Source: Calditrichia bacterium (lineage in GTDB: Bacteria > Calditrichota > Calditrichia > JAJRVZ01). Taken from it: 64,000 bases of DNA. Where the stretch lies: positions 585,470 to 649,469 of the forward strand of contig CAWCNS010000009.1 of the NCBI GenBank assembly GCA_963796965.1. The letters run 5' to 3'. This document shows, piece by piece, positions 31,269 through 40,698 of this stretch. Within the stretch, counting starts at the first letter, position 1. The number at the start of each line of letters is the position of its first letter. Below the pieces are notes generated by a model. That model ran no database searches and had not been told where the DNA came from. It saw nothing but the letters and a program-made list of their open reading frames with translations. Position numbers and translations under genes: made by a program.

Positions 31269-31389
31269 CCCCGTGAAACGGGGCGGGCTCGAAGGGCGAG
31301 CGCTAGGTACTTTGTGCATTTTCCCGACAAAAGTCGGGATGGAGGATTTCATCCCGATATGGCTACGTGATGTAGACATATATATCGGG
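31269..31389. other. cluster of four consecutive GC-rich hairpins in a long intergenic region (structured RNA or REP cluster)
   Basis: ccccg-tgaaa-cgggg; gctcg-aaggg-cgagc; tcccgac-aaaa-gtcggga; cccgatat-(21 nt)-atatcggg. Confidence 0.4.
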
Positions 31390-31565
31390 GCTTAGTGCTC
31401 TTTGTGTTTAAAAAGCAGATAAACAATTAAGTAGATCATTATAAAACAGACAGCGTCTCTACAATTTTTAAATGGGTAATAGACATAGATGAGAGGAGCC
31501 ATTGAATATATTTTTAACAAACGTGTATGTATAAATAACTCTAAATTTCAAACAGGGAGGAAAAA

Positions 31566-32435
31566 ATGAATAATATTCTGGTAATTGCAGGTGTACTTTT
31601 TATAATTCTATTTTTATTTGGTATGCGTATCATCCGACCCACGCAAAGAGGATTAGTTGAACGACTAGGTAAGTACCGTAAGTTCGCCATGCCTGGATTT
31701 CATTGGATCATTCCGGTAATCGATCAAATGTATAAGATTAATGTGACAGAAATAATGATCGATGCACAACCCCAGGAAATTATTACCAACGATAATCTAA
31801 ACGCTTCGGTCGATGCACAGGTCTACTTCAAGATCAAAGAAGACGAAGATAATGTTAAACGATCTCAGTATAATGTCAATGATGTGCAGCGCCAGATCGT
31901 CAACCTCGCCAGAACAACACTCAGAAATATTATCGGAACCCTGACATTAAAATCAGCCAATAGTGAGCGTGGCAAAATAAACTCTGAACTCCATCAGGTA
32001 TTGATTTCTGAAACCAAAAACTGGGGTATTGATGTTGTACGGACCGAATTAAAGCAGATCGATCCGCCAAAAGATGTTCAGGAAACGATGAATAAGATCG
32101 TTAAAGCTGAAAACGAGAAAATTGCTGCTGTGGATTATGCAACTGCTGCTGAAACTGCTGCCGATGGTGAAAAGAGAGCTTCCATTAAACAAGCTGAAGG
32201 TATTAAAAGATCTCAAATATTAAAGGCCGAAGGTGAAGCAGAGGCAATCCAGTTGGTGAACGATGCCGCCAATAAATATTTTATTGGTAATGCCCAGTTA
32301 CTAAAAAAATTAGAAACCGTTCAAAAATCATTACAGGATAATGCCAAAATCGTTATTCCAGCAGATGGTGAGTTGGTTAATGTTATTGGTGATCTTTCTG
32401 GGGTGTTGCCCTTAAAGAGAGACAAAAATAATTAA
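31566..32435 (+). CDS. SPFH/band-7 (stomatin/HflK/C-like) membrane protein
   Basis: N-terminal TM followed by an SPFH domain (RIIRPTQRGLVERLGKYRKFAMPGFHWIIPVID...). Strong RBS GGGAGG. Confidence 0.85.
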   Translation: MNNILVIAGVLFIILFLFGMRIIRPTQRGLVERLGKYRKFAMPGFHWIIPVIDQMYKINVTEIMIDAQPQEIITNDNLNASVDAQVYFKIKEDEDNVKRSQYNVNDVQRQIVNLARTTLRNIIGTLTLKSANSERGKINSELHQVLISETKNWGIDVVRTELKQIDPPKDVQETMNKIVKAENEKIAAVDYATAAETAADGEKRASIKQAEGIKRSQILKAEGEAEAIQLVNDAANKYFIGNAQLLKKLETVQKSLQDNAKIVIPADGELVNVIGDLSGVLPLKRDKNN

Positions 32436-32604
32436 ATTCGAAAATTGCCCGACCGTATCGGTGCGATTAATCGCACCGTTACAGAAAGAGCATTTACCGA
32501 TATTTTTTTCGATATAATATAACCAAGGGAATAAAAATAAAATTATCGCGTATTAAAATATTAACAATCAAAGAAAATAAACATTTTATCAAGACAATTT
32601 TGAT

Positions 32605-32769
32605 ATGACTAAATTTAAGACCCTTTGCGACCTCGATAAAAAAGATATTGAAAAAAAATTGGAAGATATTACAAAGATCGTTCTTAATCCCAATTATATT
32701 TGCCGCAAATGCGCCCGGGCGTCCAATAAAAAAGATTATTTGTGCAAACCACAAAGGATTAAACTTTAA
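32605..32769 (+). CDS. small (54 aa) Cys-containing protein, possible zinc-ribbon
   Basis: ATG at 32605. MTKFKTLCDLDKKDIEKKLEDITKIVLNPNYICRKCARASNKKDYLCKPQRIKL (C..C...C...C-like). Overlaps the antisense low-complexity ORF 32494..32754, which I consider spurious. Confidence 0.3.
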   Translation: MTKFKTLCDLDKKDIEKKLEDITKIVLNPNYICRKCARASNKKDYLCKPQRIKL

Positions 32770-32932
32770 AAAATCGAATCCAGTATTCCATCATCTCATT
32801 CATATAAACATTCATACCATTTGCATATAAGTGCAAGGAAATAATTTTTTCCTTGCACACTCCTGCAAGAATAAGTATTTTAATTAGACCAACTCCCCCT
32901 TTTAAAAAGAAATTACTATAAGGTTCCCAAAA

Positions 32933-33376
32933 ATGATTGGGAAAACGATATCACATTTCAAGATTCAGAGTGATCTTGGTGAAGGTGGCATGGGCAAAGT
33001 CTACCTCGCTCTGGATACTGAGCTTGAACGAGAGGTAGCCCTAAAATTTCTTCTTCCACATTTGACTGAAAATGAGAAAATTAACTCCCGGTTTAAGCAG
33101 GAAGCCCGCACTTTAGCAACGCTGAATCATCCTAATATAATTACAATCTATGAGGTGGGTGAATTTGAAGGACATTCCTTCATTGCAACTGAGTATGTAA
33201 AAGGTCAGAGTCTTGAAACGATATTATTCAACAAAACTTTATCTATAAAACAAATACTTGATATTGTGATGCAGCTCTGTGATGGCTTGCATGAAGCACA
33301 TGCACATGGTGTTATTCATAGGGATATCAAACCAGGTAATATTTTTATTGAAAATAACGGGCATGTAAAAATATAG
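32933..33376 (+). CDS. Ser/Thr protein kinase, N-lobe and catalytic loop (fragment; frameshift at A5 run ~33367-33371)
   Basis: GEGGMGKVYLA, VALKFL and HRDIKPGNIF motifs. A stop falls right before the DFG motif. Confidence 0.8.
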   Translation: MIGKTISHFKIQSDLGEGGMGKVYLALDTELEREVALKFLLPHLTENEKINSRFKQEARTLATLNHPNIITIYEVGEFEGHSFIATEYVKGQSLETILFNKTLSIKQILDIVMQLCDGLHEAHAHGVIHRDIKPGNIFIENNGHVKI

Positions 33377-33384
33377 ACTTTGGT

Positions 33385-34860
33385 TTGGCAAAATTAAAGG
33401 AAGCCGGAAGAAAAACCTCAACGACGACCACTCTTGGTACTTTATATTATTTATCTCCCGAACAGATACAAAATTCTACCGTTGATCAAAGGACTGACAT
33501 CTTTGCCACAGGGATTCTTTTATATGAAATGATCAGTGGACAACTTCCGTTTAGGGGTGATCATGAGGCCGCTGTGATGTATACTATCCTCAATGAAGAT
33601 CCGGAACCTTTAACCCGTTATAAATCCGGTATTTCACCAAACCTTCAAAATATTGTACTTAAAGCCCTTCGCAAAAATCCCGATGTGCGCTATCAGCATA
33701 TCGATGATCTCTTATCAGACCTGAAGAATGAGCTGAGCGAAACAGAAACCTCAACAATTTCCATAAAAAAATCTACACAAGAAAAAACAATTCGTAAACT
33801 TGCTGCCATCATGTTTACTGATATCTTCAGTTACTCCCATATGATGGGAAAGGATGAGGAGAAAGCATTTAAACTTCTTGAAGATTACGACGCAATGGTC
33901 TCACCACTTATTGAAAAACAAAACGGTCAAATTTTAAAGAAAATTGGTGATGGATTTTTCTGTGAATTCTCCTCAGCCCTGGAAGCAGTGGAATGTGCCT
34001 TAGATATTCAGAATGCATTAAACGATTATAACCTAAATCAGGGAAAAGATTTTCAATTAAAGGTCCGCATTGGCATCCATGTGGGTGATGTTATAAAAAA
34101 AGAGAATGATCTGTTTGGTGATGGTGTAAATGTTGCAGCAAGAATAGAACCCTTAGCACCTCCCGGCGGTATTTATATTTCTGATACGGCGTACTCGGCT
34201 ATCAGTAGCCATCCCAAGTTTGAGATAATAGATATCGGTCCCAGAACTTTGAAAAATATAAACAAAGCACCTACCTTGTATCAAATAGTCACCGGTTATG
34301 AGGACCCAATAGAAAAAGTCAAATCCTCTCATATCAAATCTCCCCCAAAAGCAAAAAAGATATCCACTATAAATGACCAGCAACAAAATCAGCGATTTAC
34401 TTTGCCTAGATTCGCTTGGATTGTCAGTATGGCAGTTATTATTACAGTTGTAGCCATATGGCTCTCCAACTCATCTAACTCTTCAATTTCAACACCAGGC
34501 GAACAGTCAGAAACAAATATTCAAGAAGCTATGGGTACTAAATCAAATTACCCTGAGGTTTCTAAATTGCTTGAATCTGAGAAATCTAAAAGATTTGTAT
34601 CTGACGTTTTAAAAATTGAAGATTCAAACACCTTATTAAAATATTTAAAAGAGAATAAAAACCTGGGCAGACTAACCTTTGGGAAAAAAGGTAATTATTC
34701 AGAGATAGAGGGTAAGTATGTTATTATCCTTGACGAACAGCGGATTTATTCTCTTTTGCTGTATCACGATCAAAAATATTTTGATGTCATGGGCAATGAT
34801 ATCTACGATGATCTCTCTGAAAATTTTCGAGGTAAAAGAGAAATTTGGATTGACTTGTGA
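33385..34860 (+). CDS. Ser/Thr kinase C-lobe + class III adenylate/guanylate cyclase (CHD) domain + TM segment + uncharacterised C-terminal domain (continuation of 32933..33376)
   Basis: The upstream in-frame sequence reads DFGLAKL..., followed by TLYYLSPE (APE-like). The cyclase domain is AAIMFTDIFSYSHMMG...KIGDGFFCEF...VRIGIHVGDV...GDGVNVAARIE. TM segment FAWIVSMAVIITVVAIWL. Confidence 0.8.
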   Translation: MAKLKEAGRKTSTTTTLGTLYYLSPEQIQNSTVDQRTDIFATGILLYEMISGQLPFRGDHEAAVMYTILNEDPEPLTRYKSGISPNLQNIVLKALRKNPDVRYQHIDDLLSDLKNELSETETSTISIKKSTQEKTIRKLAAIMFTDIFSYSHMMGKDEEKAFKLLEDYDAMVSPLIEKQNGQILKKIGDGFFCEFSSALEAVECALDIQNALNDYNLNQGKDFQLKVRIGIHVGDVIKKENDLFGDGVNVAARIEPLAPPGGIYISDTAYSAISSHPKFEIIDIGPRTLKNINKAPTLYQIVTGYEDPIEKVKSSHIKSPPKAKKISTINDQQQNQRFTLPRFAWIVSMAVIITVVAIWLSNSSNSSISTPGEQSETNIQEAMGTKSNYPEVSKLLESEKSKRFVSDVLKIEDSNTLLKYLKENKNLGRLTFGKKGNYSEIEGKYVIILDEQRIYSLLLYHDQKYFDVMGNDIYDDLSENFRGKREIWIDL

Positions 34861-34881
34861 ATATTGAACTAAGGAACCCTT

Positions 34882-35748
34882 ATGAAAACAAAATACAATC
34901 TAATGATTATTGTTTTTATTGTGATTTGGCCAACCATTTTAGCAGCAGTAGAAACTAAAATAATTCTACTTTCGGGTGGTGAGGATCAATACAGAAGAAA
35001 AGTTGAGACGGTTCTGACTTCTGTGCTCAATGGTGTGAACAATAATCATGATAAGCAGACGCCCCTGAAAACAATTAGTACGTATTTTACGAAAAATGCC
35101 TTTGGAGAATTTGCAGAGCTTGTCGAGAAAACAAAACTTTATGCGACTCAGAAAGAATACCGGACGTATCTTCTTAAAACTTCAAATGGCAATTTTGAGG
35201 TACGAAATATAAAAGTGCGTATATATTTAGGAGAAACAACAGGCATTCCTTTTCAAAGCCTCGTATTCTCACTGGACTCAACAGGTGTTATTGTGAGTTT
35301 AAACTTTGCTGTAGAAGATCATCATTATCAGGAGATCATCCAGCAGGGCAAACAGCTGGAGGATCTGGCCTACAGAGAAAAAATCCTCCACTTTATAGAA
35401 TTATATCGAACAGCCTATAATAAAAAAGATCTTCCCTTTATTGAGAAGACATTATCTGAAGATGCCCTGATCATTGTCGGACATGTGATTGAAGTTCAGA
35501 AACAGTCTCATGATTATTTAGGGAGTAGTTATCTGGGTGATGAGAAAATCGAATTTATTCGTCTGGGGAAACATGAATATCTGGAAAGATTAAACAAGGT
35601 ATTCAAAAATAATGATTTTGTTAGAGCCATATTTGATGAGATAAATATTCAGCGCCATCCTCAGTTCGAAAAGATTTATGGGGTTCACTCAAACAACGCT
35701 GGCAATCATCTTTCTATAGCGATGAAGGATATCTTTTTCTCCTGGTAG
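34882..35748 (+). CDS. hypothetical secreted protein
   Basis: Signal peptide MKTKYNLMIIVFIVIWPTILAA. 288 aa with no recognisable motifs. Confidence 0.5.
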   Translation: MKTKYNLMIIVFIVIWPTILAAVETKIILLSGGEDQYRRKVETVLTSVLNGVNNNHDKQTPLKTISTYFTKNAFGEFAELVEKTKLYATQKEYRTYLLKTSNGNFEVRNIKVRIYLGETTGIPFQSLVFSLDSTGVIVSLNFAVEDHHYQEIIQQGKQLEDLAYREKILHFIELYRTAYNKKDLPFIEKTLSEDALIIVGHVIEVQKQSHDYLGSSYLGDEKIEFIRLGKHEYLERLNKVFKNNDFVRAIFDEINIQRHPQFEKIYGVHSNNAGNHLSIAMKDIFFSW

Positions 35749-35832
35749 ATTTTATTAATGAAGATGAACCGATTATCCATGTGCGTGCCTGGCAACCTGA
35801 AACGTTTACTGATGGTTCTACAATAAGTATTT

Positions 35833-36769
35833 ATGATTTTGAAATCATTGAGTAGAAAAATGGCGAAAATTTTTGGAAAAATTACTTTCACTACCGTTGT
35901 TATCCTGGCAACTATTAATTTTCTTTATGCACAAAAATCTAATAGTCCGGGCCTCTATTTTTCCGATTCATTGGGAAACAATACTGTTGAATACTATGAT
36001 GCCAACAATACCGATTTATTACAGGAAGCGCTATACCAACGTCTGAAGACACGAATAAACAATCCTGTCTCGGCTGAAAAAGATCCAGTTTCTAAAACCA
36101 GATTTCAATTTCTGCAAAAGCTCTCTGAAATACTATCCACAAGCCTCCCTGAATGGAGAGATACTTGTCATTCCCTATCCACAGGGAAAATTTAAAAGCT
36201 TAAGTGAAATCCATTATCATCTCCCATCAGATTTTTTTAAGGATTCCGGTACCGTTACTGCATTACAACCTGAGATTTTACTCATTCAAGGCTCAGATAA
36301 GAGCACACTTATTTTTAATAAGGCTTACACGTTAGTCTTTTATCGCTCACCGGGGACAAGTTCTGATGCCTTATTTGAAAGTATTCAGGCGATAAAAAAA
36401 GTATATAATCTGCTTTTGCCGGGAGCAGAAAAATCTGGCTCTGGAAAATCAATTTCAATTAAAGGCAGCCTCTTATATAAGGGTTATGAACCTCATACCC
36501 ATTGGCTCACCTCGCTGAACCAAGTACGTGTCTTCCTGGATGAACTTGCCGTGGAAGGATCACTTTATTTTTATCCCTCCAGAATTGAAATCCATGAAAA
36601 TAACATCATGATAAATGGCTTATTATATGTCATTAAAAATGATATCTTAAATATTTACCATTTTGCTGATACCACTGTCCTATTCACAAACGCTTCTACG
36701 CCTGAATACTCTGAATTCAAAATTAAATTCTATCCGTATATAAAAAACTTGCATGTGACGAACGAATAA
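35833..36769 (+). CDS. hypothetical secreted protein, probably one gene split by a frameshift near 36150 (35833..36195 frame 1; ~36055..36769 frame 2)
   Basis: Signal peptide MAKIFGKITFTTVVILATINFLYAQ. Frame 2 is open from ~36055 through 36769 without a start codon until the TTG at 36416, so the ORF 36416..36769 is most simply the C-terminal part of the same protein. Confidence 0.4.
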
Positions 36770-36837
36770 GCAGTTTTGTTATTGCACCTCACTGTAAAAC
36801 GAACATAGTTCATATAACAATAAACTTTAACCGGGGT

Positions 36838-38289
36838 TTGATGATGACTTCTGAAATCCATCGATATACTTTCCCTATTTTGATTTTCTTTTTCTTTTTT
36901 AGTACCTCCTTTGCTCAACAAATACTAGATGAAATGCAATTAAGTGATATTTCCGATCAGCCATCTATAAAATCTTCGGTCATACGGGATCCCAACCAGG
37001 CCTTAATAATCGTTAAAACACAGATTTCTGCTCTACGTATAGAATCAAACAATATCATTATAAAGTCAGAACAGGTGGAACCCGGAACCTGGCATATTCG
37101 GGTAGAACCCGGCACACACCGCTTGAGTTTCCAGGCTGAAGGATTTATCTCCGTTCAGCAAAGATTTTATTTTAATCCAAAAGATGTAAAAGGTGTCCAA
37201 ATACGCGTTATATCGGCAGCAGAAAAAAAGGAAGAAAAGAATTCGGGGATCATTGTCATTAAAAGCACCCCGGATAGCGCTGCCGTATATTTAAATGATC
37301 AGTTTTATGGCACTACGCCCTATCTTGGTAAAACCCTGGGCGGACAGTATAAACTGGAATTAAAAAAAGAACCTTTCCATTCCCATATCCAGCAGATCAT
37401 TATTATTCCCGGGGAGACTTTACCTGTAAATGTTGATCTCAGTGCTGATCTCGGCTCTGTAGAAATTATATCTAATCCATCCAACGCCAGAATTGAAATC
37501 GATAATCAGTATATTGGCGAGACACCTTTCACTTTCAAAAAATTGGCAAAAGGTAAACATGTCATTCAGGTGAGTTTGGAAAATTATGTGCCTTTTGATT
37601 CTGAATTTGAGATAAATAAGGATAATCTTAATCAGCGATTTAATGTTCTGCTAAAACCAAAGGAATCAATATTAAGCGTAAAGGGTTCGCCCCGGAATGC
37701 CCAAATTGAACTTAATGAGAAAAAGGTGGGAATTCTTCCCAGCGAAAAGATCAAACTGGCCTTTGGCGCTTATAATCTTACCGTAACCCAGCCAGGTTAT
37801 TATCAGTATCAAAAAAATATTGTCATCGCTTCAGGTGATCCCTATGACTTAAATATAGCATTGAGGCCAAAAAGCAAATATTCGGCCCTCTTATACTCCA
37901 CTTTGCTTCCGGGAAGTGGACAAATTTATTCTGGAAGACCAACACAAGGTATCATATTGGGTGTGGCATCCCTGGGATGTGCGGCTGTTGCCCTGGTATT
38001 TACAAGCGACTATAACGATAAAAATGAGACCTATATGGATACAAAAGCAATTTACGATAACAATACGGATCTGGGGAAGATGGACGAACTCTATCAGGCC
38101 ACCCAGGAGAGCTATGGTGAAATGGAAGATGCCCATAAACAGGCACAGCTCATGTGGGGTATTACGATTGCTGTCTGGTTATATAATATGGCCGATGCCC
38201 TTTTCTTTTTTCCGGATATTAGTGGGGTACAACTAAAAGCCAATACCCAGGCATCTTCTTCCAAACTGGTTCTGACTATTCAGTTATGA
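36838..38289 (+). CDS. PEGA-domain protein with C-terminal transmembrane segments
   Basis: At least three PEGA repeats (IKSTPDSAAVYLNDQFYGTTP; IISNPSNARIEIDNQYIGETP; VKGSPRNAQIELNEKKVGILP). Signal peptide. TM helices near the C-terminus. Confidence 0.8.
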   Translation: MMMTSEIHRYTFPILIFFFFFSTSFAQQILDEMQLSDISDQPSIKSSVIRDPNQALIIVKTQISALRIESNNIIIKSEQVEPGTWHIRVEPGTHRLSFQAEGFISVQQRFYFNPKDVKGVQIRVISAAEKKEEKNSGIIVIKSTPDSAAVYLNDQFYGTTPYLGKTLGGQYKLELKKEPFHSHIQQIIIIPGETLPVNVDLSADLGSVEIISNPSNARIEIDNQYIGETPFTFKKLAKGKHVIQVSLENYVPFDSEFEINKDNLNQRFNVLLKPKESILSVKGSPRNAQIELNEKKVGILPSEKIKLAFGAYNLTVTQPGYYQYQKNIVIASGDPYDLNIALRPKSKYSALLYSTLLPGSGQIYSGRPTQGIILGVASLGCAAVALVFTSDYNDKNETYMDTKAIYDNNTDLGKMDELYQATQESYGEMEDAHKQAQLMWGITIAVWLYNMADALFFFPDISGVQLKANTQASSSKLVLTIQL

Positions 38290-38327
38290 TAAAAAATATA
38301 ACAAATAGTTTTGGTTTTTATCCAGTA

Positions 38328-38350
38328 GAGACGTCCCGCTGGGACGTCTC
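38328..38350 (+). terminator. perfect 10-bp stem / 3-nt loop hairpin 3' of the PEGA gene (possible terminator, no T-tract)
   Basis: gagacgtccc-gct-gggacgtctc, 40 nt after the stop at 38289. Confidence 0.35.
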
Positions 38351-38404
38351 CAATTCAATCAACATCAATTTATATACTATTTATTATTCGAATGGAGATT
38401 ATCT

Positions 38405-39007
38405 ATGAAACGTATTTATCATATCCCCATTTTCAATTTATGCTGTCTCCACATATTATTTGTCCTATTATCTGCTTTCTGGTTGAGTAATTGCAGCGAA
38501 TTACCATCCAAATCAGAAGGACCCGATAATCCCCTTGATCCAAGAAATCCAGCCAATAAAAACCAAGGGCCGGTTCTGGTTCTTTCTCCAACTCAAATCA
38601 ATGTAAATAGTGGGAATAATTTTCAATTAGAATTATGGATCGTGGGAACCGATTCTATCGCTGGTTTGAGTACCAGAATATCTTATGATCCTCAACAATT
38701 GAGTGTTGAAGAAATAGACTCCCTCGTGACAGCATCCGAATCAATTTTACTACAAAATGGCGGTCAATTGATTTTCTTTAGTAACGTCGATACGGATAGT
38801 GGTTTTATTGATATTGATTGCGCCGTTGTTGAGGGGAAACCTCGTAATATCACAGGATCCGGTATAATAACAAGAATAAATTTTCGACATCTTAGTGGTA
38901 CAAGTGAAACAAATTTGGAAATTTCAGAAAACAGTCTTTTACGTGATGATTCAAATACCGAAGTGGCTCTAGCAGATCGTATTGGCTCGCAGATAAATAT
39001 TAAATAA
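38405..39007 (+). CDS. lipoprotein with cohesin-like domain
   Basis: Lipobox FWLSNCS. AGLSTRISYDPQQLSVEEIDSL... resembles the cohesin hallmark (GFQF.L.YDP..L) also present near the C-termini of the two downstream giant proteins. Confidence 0.5.
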   Translation: MKRIYHIPIFNLCCLHILFVLLSAFWLSNCSELPSKSEGPDNPLDPRNPANKNQGPVLVLSPTQINVNSGNNFQLELWIVGTDSIAGLSTRISYDPQQLSVEEIDSLVTASESILLQNGGQLIFFSNVDTDSGFIDIDCAVVEGKPRNITGSGIITRINFRHLSGTSETNLEISENSLLRDDSNTEVALADRIGSQINIK

Positions 39008-39035
39008 GAACGGTTTTATACGAGAGAGGTGACAT

Positions 39036-39461
39036 GTGCAATTATCAAAATCCTTTATCTTCTATATTATTGTACTCTTTTTTTTAATAAAAATAACTCC
39101 GGGTCAGACATTTGAAAATATCAGCCTGGTTGGCAGATGGGCGGAAGGACCCTGTAATGCCGTATCTGTTTCAGGTAATTTCATTTATAAAGGCAGTGGT
39201 TCACTTATTTATATTCTAGACATCTCCGGCGAGGGGGATCCTCTCCCGGTGGGAGAAGTACTCTTACCTAATATCGCAAAACATATTGCCACTTTTGGGA
39301 ACAGGTTATATTTGATCGATGAAGATGAGATCCTCTATGTTTTTGATATATCAAATCCAACCACCCTCTTAGAAACTGGCTCTTTACCTCAGGGATATTT
39401 GTTGCTGATATGGTTGCACAGGGAAATTATTTATATCTGGGAAACAGTAATAACGGTTTAA
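39036..39461 (+). CDS. giant LVIVD-repeat T9SS surface protein A, fragment 1/4 (signal peptide + first LVIVD blades); frameshift at GGG ~39392-39394
   Basis: GTG start. Signal peptide MQLSKSFIFYIIVLFFLIKITPGQ. The LYLIDEDEILYVFDISNPTTL blade ends in a nonsense tail. Confidence 0.75.
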   Translation: MQLSKSFIFYIIVLFFLIKITPGQTFENISLVGRWAEGPCNAVSVSGNFIYKGSGSLIYILDISGEGDPLPVGEVLLPNIAKHIATFGNRLYLIDEDEILYVFDISNPTTLLETGSLPQGYLLLIWLHREIIYIWETVITV

Positions 39462-40690
39462 AAATATTCAATGTTTCTGATCCCACCAATATCAATGAAA
39501 TAGGAGCGCTTCCCGATCTGGATGTTCGTGATTTAGATATAAAAAATTCAAACTTGTTTGTCGCAGCGAATACGAAGTTTAGTATTGTTGATATTTCAGA
39601 TCCTGCTAATCCATCGGAAATTGCTTTTTTATCCTTTAGTGCACATGCCATAACCCTAGGGACGGATTTTGCTTACGTGGCAGGGAATAAAGCATTACGA
39701 GTAATTTCAGTTTCTGATCCATCCAATCCGTTTCAGGCAGGCATTACCAGCTATCAGGGATCTATAGATGCCATAGGATATGCTTATAATTATGTTTTTT
39801 TAGATGATTATTTTGATGCCGGAGGATATTATTTAAATACAATCCGTGCTTTTTACGTGGGAGATCCGGAAAATCCCGTGGAAACACAGTCTTTTGATAT
39901 TTCAGGAAATATCAAGGATATTTTTACAAAAGATGGTTTAGTATATACCGCAGCAGAAAATGCCGGACTGTATATCCTCAATGCTTTTGAATTTGAACAG
40001 GTATGGGATTTAGAATATTCTGAACCCTGTGCCGTAACTGTTGAGGGTAACTATGCCTATGTCGTTCAACGAACCTTTCCCAGCATATTACATATATTTA
40101 ATATTATAGATCCGGAAAATCCGGTTGAAATCGGTTCCTGCACTATCGATAATACCAGCGATTGGTTACAGGGCATAACGGTAAAAGGTCCATATGCCTA
40201 TGTCGTACAAGGTCAGTCAGGTCTGCATATTATCGATATTTCTAATCCCTCTGCACCTAGTAAAATCGGGGAGTTCAGGGATGCGTCTGAATGTCTGGAT
40301 GTGGCCGTAGAAGGTAACTATGCCTATATCGCCGGCGCAGATCACGAAACCTGGGAAAAAGGCTTGATGATTGTTGATATCTCCGATCCTGTAAATCCAT
40401 TTCTTGTCTCTCTCACAGGGAATGCCACTGCCTATGATGTAGAATTAAAGGATGGATACGCTTTTGTTAGTGGCCGTGATGGATTTCAGATCTTTGATAT
40501 TTCAGATCCTGCAAATCCTGATTCAGTTAAAACGGTAGATGATCCAACACGGGGATATGCTTTAGTCCTTGATGGCACCAAGGCCTATATTTCTACTGAT
40601 CATGGTCTATATATATATGATATTTCAGATCCGGAAAATCCATCTGGCTGGGATTTTATGGTTCCGGCTCCTATGATGGTCTTGAGGTAA
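39410..40690 (+). CDS. giant LVIVD-repeat surface protein A, fragment 2/4 (LVIVD beta-propeller repeats); frameshift at T4 ~40655-40658
   Basis: Repeated G.YAYV...GL.I.DISDP.NP units (LVIVD repeat, PF08309-like). The upstream in-frame sequence lacks a start codon and joins fragment 1. Confidence 0.75.
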   Translation: MVAQGNYLYLGNSNNGLKIFNVSDPTNINEIGALPDLDVRDLDIKNSNLFVAANTKFSIVDISDPANPSEIAFLSFSAHAITLGTDFAYVAGNKALRVISVSDPSNPFQAGITSYQGSIDAIGYAYNYVFLDDYFDAGGYYLNTIRAFYVGDPENPVETQSFDISGNIKDIFTKDGLVYTAAENAGLYILNAFEFEQVWDLEYSEPCAVTVEGNYAYVVQRTFPSILHIFNIIDPENPVEIGSCTIDNTSDWLQGITVKGPYAYVVQGQSGLHIIDISNPSAPSKIGEFRDASECLDVAVEGNYAYIAGADHETWEKGLMIVDISDPVNPFLVSLTGNATAYDVELKDGYAFVSGRDGFQIFDISDPANPDSVKTVDDPTRGYALVLDGTKAYISTDHGLYIYDISDPENPSGWDFMVPAPMMVLR

Positions 40691-40698
40691 AAGGTGAT

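Noticed and set aside
31269-31389. Possible tRNA or tmRNA in the four-hairpin cluster
   Set aside because: There is no GTTCRANYC T-loop, no 7-bp acceptor stem pairing the two ends, and no CCA-proximal discriminator. The hairpins are independent stem-loops, so the region is called a structured or REP-like cluster, not a tRNA.
32494-32754. 86-aa minus-strand ORF
   Set aside because: Its product is Phe/Ile/Asn low-complexity, as expected from AT-rich non-coding DNA. The overlapping plus-strand 54-aa Cys-containing ORF (32605..32769) has a more protein-like composition, so I report that one instead, at low confidence.
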